Source: a virus (Duplodnaviria > Heunggongvirae > Uroviricota > Caudoviricetes). Taken from it: 14,941 nt of DNA. This document shows, piece by piece, positions 1-6,904 of this stretch (position 1 is the first letter of the stretch; every line of letters begins with the position of its first letter). The DNA lies in IMG/VR virus record IMGVR_UViG_3300028549_003773; one strand, written 5' to 3'. The position numbers were made by a program, and so were the translations under genes. The notes below the pieces were generated by a model, which was not told where the DNA came from, made no database searches, and worked only from the letters and a program-made list of their open reading frames with translations.

Positions 1-90
1 GAAAGAGATAAAGAAGTAGATAAACTCATTGAGCTTACAGCTGAAATTAATGATTTTATTGATGTGTGTAATATTACATTAGAGCTTTAA
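1..90 (+). CDS. 3' end of a hypothetical protein (partial, ...ERDKEVDKLIELTAEINDFIDVCNITLEL*)
   Basis: Open frame from base 1 to TAA at 88-90; truncated by the window edge. Confidence 0.55.
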   Translation, partial: ERDKEVDKLIELTAEINDFIDVCNITLEL

Positions 91-298
91 TATAATTTAC
101 ATAAATAACGATAAAGATCTATAAAAAGACTTTAACAGGTGATACGGCTGGACTACCAGCAGACCCAGGATTTAGGGTTTAGGTATAAGGACCATAGGTA
201 TTAAAACTTGTTACTCAAATAAAAATCCTTGTAATAGAATATAGGTTTTAAAGTCTTTCCTTTAGGTGCTCACAAGGCAGTTATTTGTGTAAATTATA
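91..298 (+). ncRNA. Candidate ~208-nt structured ncRNA of unknown family
   Basis: 19-bp terminal helix 91-109/280-298 (one G-U); nested helices 112-116/260-264 and 125-135/248-258; hairpins 147-160 and 161-180; loop-loop complementarity 167-173/223-229; intergenic. Confidence 0.6.
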
Positions 299-314
299 TA
301 ATTAAAGGAGAATA

Positions 315-1289
315 ATGAACAAAAAACAACTAAAGCATATGCAAAGCATAATTGACACTGTTATAAAAAATAGTGTTGCTAGAAAATTATTTACAACAAC
401 ACAAATTAATGCTGGAGACACTGCATCCATAGTAACTAAGCAAAAAACTTCTTGTTGGGTACTCCCAGGCTTGGGTTATGTAGCACAGAATTTTGTTGAA
501 AATATAAGAGACGAAATATATGTTCCCACGTTTACAATTGATTCGTCTGCTGATTGGCGTATCGTTTGTGACAATACAAAAGTACCAACCCTAGCTGCTA
601 AAAGATGCGCTATGAACTTGTGCAACTATGAGGAAGATTCAGCTTTTGATATAATTATACGGTCTGCGACTACTTCCTTTATAAATAATACTGAGTTAAA
701 TATTTGTAAAATAGCTAAAGGTCTGCCGGGATATGGTTATTTGTCGGTTGAGTTGTTATATGAAATGTTTAAAAGCTTTGAAACACGCAAAAAAACATTA
801 ACCGACATATGTGTAGGACCAAAAGACGTTGAAGATTTAAAAAAATTAGATAATCTGTTTATAGACCCAAAAGGTAACCTAAATATTCTCATAGATTTCA
901 AAGGTAAATCCTATACAGTAGCTGTACATGGAATAGGAAATCTTGGCACAACTGGTAAGTACAATATTAATGGACATACTTCTGAGTTTGGTAAATTTAT
1001 TGCAGATAAAAACAACATTTTTAATAATTATTCACTGTCTAAGCCTAACATACTAACTAGTGAAGGTACTGTAGTTACACAAGGCGAAACCCAAATTTAT
1101 GGTTTTGATAAGAGTATAAAGAAAAATATGATTATGGTTGTTAGAAAAAAATATGAAATTTATAATGACCCTACTCTCCTTAAAGCCCAAAGACATGGAT
1201 TTTTTGGTTGGGAAGAAGTTGGGTATGTTTTTCTTGAGAATTTAAAAAATCCTAGAATATGTATGGGAATTATTGATCGTTCTAAATGA
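315..1289 (+). CDS. HK97-fold major capsid protein-like protein (diverged paralogue)
   Basis: SD AAGGAG upstream; motifs WVLPGLGYVAQNF, YVPTFTIDSSADW, TLTDICVGP, GETQIYGFD, DPTLLKAQRHGFFGWEEVG and MGIIDRS resemble, from memory, the capsid proteins of one clade of large phages. Confidence 0.65.
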   Translation: MNKKQLKHMQSIIDTVIKNSVARKLFTTTQINAGDTASIVTKQKTSCWVLPGLGYVAQNFVENIRDEIYVPTFTIDSSADWRIVCDNTKVPTLAAKRCAMNLCNYEEDSAFDIIIRSATTSFINNTELNICKIAKGLPGYGYLSVELLYEMFKSFETRKKTLTDICVGPKDVEDLKKLDNLFIDPKGNLNILIDFKGKSYTVAVHGIGNLGTTGKYNINGHTSEFGKFIADKNNIFNNYSLSKPNILTSEGTVVTQGETQIYGFDKSIKKNMIMVVRKKYEIYNDPTLLKAQRHGFFGWEEVGYVFLENLKNPRICMGIIDRSK

Positions 1290-1294
1290 ATAAA

Positions 1295-1367
1295 AGGGAT
1301 GTAACTCAATTGGTAGAGTATCTGGTTTTGAGCCAGAGAGTCGTAGGTTCAAGCCCTACCATCCCCG
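1295..1367 (+). tRNA. trnQ: tRNA-Gln(TTG)
   Basis: Cloverleaf; anticodon arm TCTGG-TTTTGAG-CCAGA; T arm GTAGG-TTCAAGC-CCTAC; 1-72 mismatch; G73; no CCA. Confidence 0.9.
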
Positions 1368-1387
1368 AATTTTAAAAGGAGTAAATT

Positions 1388-1696
1388 ATGAATGACTTAG
1401 AATTTCACAAAAGACTTATATCAAGCGTAACTAAACTTGGAGTAGTGGGAGATAAACTACATCACCATATACAAGATGTATGGGACGACGCTATTAAAAG
1501 TGTTACAGTAATAGATAATAGTAAAAAGAATAGTGCTACCGACGAAGATTTGCAATCTTTTAGAGACTTTATAGTGGATTCCACCAATACAGAAGTACTT
1601 GTAGATATATTTGAAGCAGAAACTTTTGATAGGTTGTGGAGTATGACGGATGAAGAATTACAAAAAGAAAAAGAATTTTATGGATATTTAGATTAA
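1388..1696 (+). CDS. Hypothetical protein (102 aa, acidic)
   Basis: SD AAAGGAG, ATG start, phage-like composition. Confidence 0.75.
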   Translation: MNDLEFHKRLISSVTKLGVVGDKLHHHIQDVWDDAIKSVTVIDNSKKNSATDEDLQSFRDFIVDSTNTEVLVDIFEAETFDRLWSMTDEELQKEKEFYGYLD

Positions 1697-2065
1697 TATA
1701 TTAAGGAGGTTGGCTTAGAAGCAGCCATTTGGTACAAGTCCTACTACTTAACGACAGAAATCGTTATTAGCGTCTCAGGGCCAACGTAGCCAAACTTATA
1801 CAAATAAGGGATAGCTATGCCTTTAAAGAGTGGATCGTGATACTTGGAATAGAGACGATAATGGGGAAACCATTACAGACTATTCCTCTATACGGATAGT
1901 AGTAGAACCTAAGATGAACTCTAGGACGTGGCCGTATAAGATGCAGCGGAGTAGTTCACCAGTGACTAGGCTGAGAGTGGTTGACTACTCGTGCCCATAC
2001 CTACACTGCAAAGTTAGACTCAACCATGGATCCTTTGGCGTAACAGCACACTTTTTATATTAATC
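1691..2065 (+). ncRNA. Stand-alone 23S rRNA GTPase-associated-centre (H43/H44) mimic interrupted by two structured insertions
   Basis: 1704-1728 AGGAGGTTGGCTTAGAAGCAGCCAT, 1820-1831 CCTTTAAAGAGT and 2038-2052 GCGTAACAGCACACT correspond in order to 23S rRNA ~1054-1078, ~1079-1090 and ~1091-1105 (E. coli numbering); closed by helix 1691-1700/2056-2065; no other rRNA sequence nearby. Confidence 0.8.
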
Positions 2066-2086
2066 GTTTTATTATTGAGGATAGGT

Positions 2087-2332
2087 ATGATTCAAACAAA
2101 ACATTTAACAATACATAAGTATCGTTTAAATACATTAGTAAATAAATCTAAAAAACTTTTGTTTCCCAGTATACGTGGTACTTTATTACCTAGTTTTGAT
2201 CCACAATATATTGCAGTTGATAGGGTAAAAATATCACCAACTACAACAACTTTTAGTAGAAAGCTAAACGGTATAGCAATAAATTGGTTATGGATAAGGA
2301 TAAAAATAATTGCAAGAGACTTCAGAATTTAA
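2087..2332 (+). CDS. Hypothetical protein (basic, ~81 aa)
   Basis: ATG at 2087 preceded by GAGG/AGG; preferred over the TTG start at 2075. Confidence 0.5.
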   Translation: MIQTKHLTIHKYRLNTLVNKSKKLLFPSIRGTLLPSFDPQYIAVDRVKISPTTTTFSRKLNGIAINWLWIRIKIIARDFRI

Positions 2333-2368
2333 CACTACCACTACAATTTTATATAGGACTTTAAAAAT

Positions 2369-3049
2369 ATGTTAGATGTTTTTATATCAGATGTACATTT
2401 AGGTACAAAAGACAGTGGTTGTGAACTACTCGATAAGTGGTTGAAATTACATAGTAAACAAATAAATAATATATATCTAGTTGGTGATATTATTGATATG
2501 TGGCGTCTTAAATATAAAAGTCATTGGCCACAATCACATGTTAATTTTGTTAGAAGAATATTATCATTTTCAAGGTCAGGTAAAAATGTTTATTATATAA
2601 TTGGTAATCATGATGGACATTTAAATGATTATACCAATAATGACCTATATTTCGAACTAGGTAATATGAAAGTTTGTAGAACTGCGCACTACCACGGGTA
2701 TCTTGTGCTACATGGTGATCAATTTGATCCATACAAAATATTTTCTCATATAGGCGACAGATTATATGGGCTTCTTTGTATGATAGCCGGTAAAAAATCT
2801 GGTAGTATCAAAAATAAAGTTAAAAAATTTTTTCAAGACAAGTTTAAAATGAGAGAGCAAGCTATTAAAGTTGCTATGTCTGGCAAGCATAGAGGAATAA
2901 TTTGCGGTCATACACACGTACCTGAAATTTCCGAATATTACATAAACTGTGGTGATATGATTGAAAATTTTACATTAATTACATTTGAAAATGGTGAAAA
3001 TCCACAATTAATTTATCTAAAAAATGAACAGAATACTCTTAGTAACTGA
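2369..3049 (+). CDS. Calcineurin-like metallophosphoesterase, LpxH/PlcP family (putative phospholipase C PlcP-like)
   Basis: Metal-binding motifs FISDVHLG, LVGDIID, IIGNHD, LHGDQFD, CGHTH; WPQSH segment typical of the PlcP-like branch. Confidence 0.85.
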   Translation: MLDVFISDVHLGTKDSGCELLDKWLKLHSKQINNIYLVGDIIDMWRLKYKSHWPQSHVNFVRRILSFSRSGKNVYYIIGNHDGHLNDYTNNDLYFELGNMKVCRTAHYHGYLVLHGDQFDPYKIFSHIGDRLYGLLCMIAGKKSGSIKNKVKKFFQDKFKMREQAIKVAMSGKHRGIICGHTHVPEISEYYINCGDMIENFTLITFENGENPQLIYLKNEQNTLSN

Positions 3050-4025
3050 CGCGTGGTATCCACAAGTTTCTGGTGTTGTAACTACACTAGAACAGTATTG
3101 TAAACATATAGTAAAAAAACACGCACTTTTTGTTTTAAACCCTACTATGTTTAAAAGATCTTTTCCTTGTCCATCGTATAATGAAATAAGACTTTCTGTA
3201 CCATCTTTTAAAATTATTAATACTATGTTGACACATGTAGATCATATACATATAATGACAGAAGGCCCTATTGGCATTTGTACTGCCATTGTGTGTAAAA
3301 TAATGGGTTACAAATATACAACATCTTTATTAACAAGATTCGACCAGTATGTTGCTGTAGAAAAACCATATGCTGAAAAGTTTATAAATGCTTGTATGAG
3401 AGTTTTTCATTCCGGAGCTGAAAAAACATTCGTGTCTACACAACCGTTAAAAGAAGAATTGGAAGCAAAAGGTTTTAAAAACCTATGTATTATAGTAAAA
3501 GGTATTGATACTGAGCTATTTACTATAAGACCTCCTCATATAAAGAGAGAATACCCAACAATGCTTTATGTTGGAAGAGTGTCAAAAGAAAAGAACCTTG
3601 AAGAATTCTTATCACTTGATATAGAAGGGCAGAAAGTTGTAGTTGGTGACGGTCCGTGTTTCAATGAGTATAAAACTAAATATCCTAAAACTATCTTTAC
3701 TGGAGTTTTACAAGGAGAGAAATTAGCAAATGAGTACTCTTCTGCGGATGTTTTCGTTTTTCCCAGCAAATCTGAAACATTTGGTCTTGTACTAACAGAA
3801 GCTATGGCAAGTGGTACACCTGTAGCAGCTTTACCAAGTCCTTCTTCAAACGTAATAGTAACTCAGGGTGTTAATGGTTTTGTTGACAACGACCTCGCTA
3901 TTGCAATAAAAAAATGTTTGGTTATTGATAGAGAGATGTGTAGAAAATCTGTACTAAAGTACAGTTGGGAAAAATCTACGGACATGTTCCTAAGTAATCT
4001 TGTAAAAAAAATTAACCATTTTTAA
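3024..4025 (+). CDS. GT4 (GT-B) glycosyltransferase, Agt-like glycolipid synthase
   Basis: TDAWYPQVSGVVTTL, HIMTEGPIG, YVGRVSKEKN, VVGDGP, ADVFVFPSKSETFGLVLTEAMASGTPVAA; overlaps the upstream phosphoesterase. Confidence 0.9.
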   Translation: MNRILLVTDAWYPQVSGVVTTLEQYCKHIVKKHALFVLNPTMFKRSFPCPSYNEIRLSVPSFKIINTMLTHVDHIHIMTEGPIGICTAIVCKIMGYKYTTSLLTRFDQYVAVEKPYAEKFINACMRVFHSGAEKTFVSTQPLKEELEAKGFKNLCIIVKGIDTELFTIRPPHIKREYPTMLYVGRVSKEKNLEEFLSLDIEGQKVVVGDGPCFNEYKTKYPKTIFTGVLQGEKLANEYSSADVFVFPSKSETFGLVLTEAMASGTPVAALPSPSSNVIVTQGVNGFVDNDLAIAIKKCLVIDREMCRKSVLKYSWEKSTDMFLSNLVKKINHF

Positions 4026-4044
4026 GTAAGGCTAAGGAGTACGT

Positions 4045-4260
4045 ATGGATTTTATAGATTTTTTTGATATTTATAATGTTAAACATTTAGCAGCTTATAA
4101 ATATTTAGCAGAAAATGGGTCGTGGCCAGAAGGATTTATACCAGAAAATTGCGATTTGTCACCATATTGGATGTATCAAATAGCTGAAAAAATGGCTGTT
4201 GCTTATGTTGAACTTGGGGTTACTGGTAAAATATTTGGTATGCCAGCTATAGACCAATAA
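4045..4260 (+). CDS. Hypothetical protein (71 aa)
   Basis: SD AAGGAG, ATG start. Confidence 0.75.
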   Translation: MDFIDFFDIYNVKHLAAYKYLAENGSWPEGFIPENCDLSPYWMYQIAEKMAVAYVELGVTGKIFGMPAIDQ

Positions 4261-4273
4261 AAGAGGAATTTTA

Positions 4274-4483
4274 ATGAGTATACTTTATTGTCTTTTTGTT
4301 ATTTTAAACATAGCACTTGTATGTAAGTACTTTAAATTAGATGGGTCATTGGACTCAGGAATTGTTATGCTGGTAACTCTACTTGGTCAAGTAGGTACAG
4401 TGTTTATTTTACTTGGTTTATTTATTAACAAATTCGGCCTAAGTAAGTATTTTATTGTTCAAAACAATAAAAATAAAAATTAA
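4274..4483 (+). CDS. Small membrane protein (two hydrophobic segments)
   Basis: SD AAGAGG; hydrophobic stretches ILYCLFVILNIALVC and IVMLVTLLGQVGTVFILLGLFI. Confidence 0.7.
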   Translation: MSILYCLFVILNIALVCKYFKLDGSLDSGIVMLVTLLGQVGTVFILLGLFINKFGLSKYFIVQNNKNKN

Positions 4484-4504
4484 AAAGGTATTTATGCAAA
4501 ACCT

Positions 4505-4578
4505 GCGCCCGTCGCCAAATGGATAAGGCTTCAGATTTCTACTCTGACATTTTGGGGGTTCGACTCCCTCCGGGCGTA
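4505..4578 (+). tRNA. trnR: tRNA-Arg(TCT)
   Basis: Acceptor GCGCCCG/CGGGCGT; anticodon arm TCAGA-TTTCTAC-TCTGA; T loop TTCGACT. Confidence 0.92.
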
Positions 4579-4586
4579 AATGTAAA

Positions 4587-4658
4587 GGGCGTATAGCTAA
4601 GCGGCTTAGCAGCACACTCATAATGTGCCACACGCAGGTTCGAATCCTGCTGCGCCCA
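4587..4658 (+). tRNA. tRNA with CAT anticodon (elongator Met or lysidine-type Ile2)
   Basis: Acceptor GGGCGTA/TGCGCCC; anticodon arm GCACA-CTCATAA-TGTGC; T arm GCAGG-TTCGAAT-CCTGC; no initiator features. Confidence 0.9.
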
Positions 4659-4668
4659 AAATAGAGCT

Positions 4669-4799
4669 TGAGAGATAGCTGAGAACGTAGGTATATAGCA
4701 GGTTAGGCCAACCATAAGTATGTACAAACAACACCTAGCGATTGGTGCTGCAGCATAACAAAAAGCCAATAGACAGCGTAGTAGTGCACGTTTCTCTCA
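4669..4799 (+). ncRNA. Candidate structured RNA with H-type pseudoknot
   Basis: Closing helix 4681-4688/4788-4796 (alternatively 4669-4675/4793-4799); 4688-4692/4733-4737; pseudoknot 4741-4745/4766-4770 crossed by 4746-4750/4774-4778. Confidence 0.35.
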
Positions 4800-4825
4800 T
4801 GTTGTAATTAAACACATTTAATAAC

Positions 4826-4925
4826 GTAGGAAAGTGACATAGTTCTATTTATTTGCGACCGGACCAATAAATAGATATGTGGTACAGGTGCACTGTACGT
4901 AGTAGACAAATCCTACTCTATGTCA
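4826..4925 (+). ncRNA. Candidate pseudoknotted RNA in the leader of the nucleotidyltransferase
   Basis: Crossing helices 4826-4831/4911-4916 and 4835-4842/4918-4925 enclosing hairpins 4844-4853/4866-4875 and 4882-4887/4893-4898. Confidence 0.5.
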
Positions 4926-4943
4926 TGAATACTAAGGAGCATT

Positions 4944-5543
4944 ATGAAATTATTACAAAGATTGAAAAAAGAAGAAAATATTGATCTACCAGAATTTATA
5001 TTATTTAATACAATGTATGCTACATACATGGGTTCTGTAGCTTATGGAGTTTCAGATTTAGGTAGCGATGTAGACATTTACGGGTTCTGTATTCCACCAA
5101 AAGAACATGTTTTTCCACACTTATCAGGAGAGATTTATGGTTTTGGTAATCAGATCAAAAGATTTGAACAATGGCAGAAACATCATATAAATGATAAATC
5201 TTCAGGTAAAGAATACGACATAACGATATTTAATATTGTTAAATATTTTCAATTATGTATGGAAAACAATCCTAATATGATTGATTCTTTGTTTGTGCCA
5301 AGAGTTTGTATTTTACAAAGTACTGCTTTAAGTGAACTTGTTCGTGAAAATAGACATATTTTCTTACATAAAGGGGCTTTTCATAAATTTAAAGGGTACG
5401 CTTACAGTCAAATGCATAAAATGAGAATCAAGGTTCCAGAAGGCTTAAAAGAACTTAAAAACTTTGAAGACACGCATAATATACCACATACTACTTCATT
5501 AGCAGAAATTGAACAAGAAATGCAGCGAAGAGCTTTATTGTAA
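4944..5543 (+). CDS. Pol-beta superfamily nucleotidyltransferase (RlaP/PF10127-like), N-terminal part
   Basis: MGSVAYGVSDLGSDVDIYG catalytic motif, NPNMIDSLF, HKFKGYAYSQMHK; SD AAGGAG. Confidence 0.85.
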   Translation: MKLLQRLKKEENIDLPEFILFNTMYATYMGSVAYGVSDLGSDVDIYGFCIPPKEHVFPHLSGEIYGFGNQIKRFEQWQKHHINDKSSGKEYDITIFNIVKYFQLCMENNPNMIDSLFVPRVCILQSTALSELVRENRHIFLHKGAFHKFKGYAYSQMHKMRIKVPEGLKELKNFEDTHNIPHTTSLAEIEQEMQRRALL

Positions 5544-5545
5544 AA

Positions 5546-5600
5546 ATATCTCCTTATCATAATGTAACCTTATTATATAAACATATAGATAAGGAGATAT
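5546..5600 (+). promoter_or_regulatory. Hairpin sequestering the endonuclease ribosome-binding site
   Basis: Perfect 13-bp inverted repeat ATATCTCCTTATC (5546-5558) / GATAAGGAGATAT (5588-5600) containing the SD AAGGAG. Confidence 0.75.
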
Positions 5601-5604
5601 AATT

Positions 5605-6192
5605 ATGACAAGCGGTGGTTTAAATAAAATAAACTTAGTGGGAGAGATTTTTGGTGGACTTACTGTGATAAAAGAAGCCGACTCTTCTATAAGAGGTTTA
5701 GCTAATTGGTTGTGTCTTTGTGAATGTGGTAATGAATTTATAACAAGTGGTTATTACTTACGACAAGGACGAAAGAAATCTTGTGGTTGTAGAAATAGTA
5801 GACATTACGGAAATAAAAACCCAAGATGGAGTGGTTATAAAGATTTAAGTGGCTCCTATTGGCATAGGGTTCGTCAAGGAGCTTTAGCTAGGGGATTTCC
5901 TTTAGAAATATCAATAGAAGACGCATGGGAGCAATTCATTAATCAAAATAAAACGTGTGCTCTTACTGGACAACCCCTGATAATGTGTGATTCAGCTGCT
6001 AAATCTAGAAAAAATTTAAACTTGCAAACAGCTTCACTTGATAGAATAGACAGCAAAAAAGGCTATATAAAAGGTAATATACAATGGATTCATAAAGATA
6101 TAAATTGTATAAAAATGGACCTCGAACAAAATTACTTTATACACTTATGTGAAATGGTGACCGAATATGCTAAAAAAGTTAGGGGATACTGA
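5605..6192 (+). mobile_element. Free-standing putative homing endonuclease (N-terminal CxC...KSCGC Zn/DNA-binding domain plus His-Me finger/HNH-type nuclease domain)
   Basis: GEIFGGLTVI...WLCLCECG...KSCGC; CALTG...ASLDRIDSKKGYIKGNIQWIHKDINCIK; lies between the two halves of the nucleotidyltransferase. Confidence 0.8.
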
Positions 6193-6619
6193 ATTGATTG
6201 AATACCATAAGTTATATTCACATACTAGCAAACGTGCTATCGACACAAAAATAAATGGGTATTCAACTAAATTTTTATACCATACAGTAAGACTCTTATC
6301 TGAATGTGAGCAGATACTGGTCGAACATGATATTGATTTACAAAAGAATAGAGAACAATTAAAATCAATTAGACGTGGTGAATGGTCTGTTGAACAAATA
6401 GAACAATATTTCCAAGACAAGGAAAAACAACTCGAAGACTTGTACAGTAAAAGTACCTTAAGATACAAACCAGAAGAAGATGAAATTAAAGAGTTGCTAT
6501 TGAAATGTTTGGAAATGCACTACGGATCTTTAGATAAAGCTATAACAATTACACCTACTATAGAAAAAGATATACAAGATGTTTTAAAAATTCTTGACAA
6601 ATATAAAACTTACATGTAA
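6167..6619 (+). CDS. RlaP-like nucleotidyltransferase, C-terminal part
   Basis: GYSTKFLYHTVRLL, QLKSIRRGEW and LLLKCLEMHYG match the C-terminal helical half of the family; own ATG with GGTGA 6 nt upstream. Confidence 0.82.
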   Translation: MLKKLGDTELIEYHKLYSHTSKRAIDTKINGYSTKFLYHTVRLLSECEQILVEHDIDLQKNREQLKSIRRGEWSVEQIEQYFQDKEKQLEDLYSKSTLRYKPEEDEIKELLLKCLEMHYGSLDKAITITPTIEKDIQDVLKILDKYKTYM

Positions 6620-6651
6620 AATATACATACATAAAACAAAGAGGTGATTAA

Positions 6652-6801
6652 ATGCGAAGAAGTACTACGGGTCCTAAAAACAAAAAAATTAATAGTTTGA
6701 AAAAAAATGAACTTGTACAACTGATTAAGAAGCTCGAAAGTAATAATCAAACGAGTAGTAGTGTTTATGCTGCGGCTTCTAAGCAACTTACTTTAAGGTA
6801 A
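6652..6801 (+). CDS. Small basic hypothetical protein (49 aa, MRRSTTGPKNKK...KQLTLR)
   Basis: Strong SD GAGGTG; below the ORF-track size cutoff. Confidence 0.6.
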   Translation: MRRSTTGPKNKKINSLKKNELVQLIKKLESNNQTSSSVYAAASKQLTLR

Positions 6802-6829
6802 ACTTACTAAAATTACAGTTGAGTAGTTT

Positions 6830-6904
6830 GGGGTGTTAGCTTAGCTGGCTTAAAGCATCGGCCTGTCACGTCGAAGACCACGGGTCCGAATCCCGTACAC
6901 CCCG
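6830..6904 (+). tRNA. trnD: tRNA-Asp(GTC)
   Basis: Acceptor GGGGTGT/ACACCCC; anticodon loop CTGTCAC; G73; T loop TCCGAAT (C at 55). Confidence 0.9.

Noticed and set aside
1729-2037. Canonical group I intron, RNase P RNA or tmRNA
   Set aside because: No properly ordered P3/P7 with a G-binding site, no RNase P CR-I/CR-V pair, and no tRNA-like ends or tag frame
1704-2052. Genuine 23S rRNA gene or host rRNA operon
   Set aside because: Only ~52 nt match, in three pieces; the flanks are phage-type ORFs with no other rRNA sequence
1830-2063. 77-aa ORF from the track
   Set aside because: GTG start without an SD, atypical composition, and it lies wholly within the structured rRNA-mimic element
2550-2732. 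Minus-strand ORFs (also 3566-3769, 6145-6468, 9556-9873)
   Set aside because: Antisense shadows of well-supported + strand genes
4536-4542. Amber suppressor reading (CTA) of the tRNA at 4505
   Set aside because: The 7-nt loop TTTCTAC centres on TCT (Arg); the long ORFs read through with no in-frame TAG or TGA, so there is no sign of recoding
4439-4769. Minus-strand ORFs over tRNAs (also 8261-8446, 8338-8529, 9151-9333)
   Set aside because: They are antisense to tRNA or ncRNA genes and have no SD or motifs
5541-6172. Group I intron or intein in the nucleotidyltransferase
   Set aside because: There is an in-frame stop before the endonuclease, a frame change, no flanking core structure and no intein splice residues
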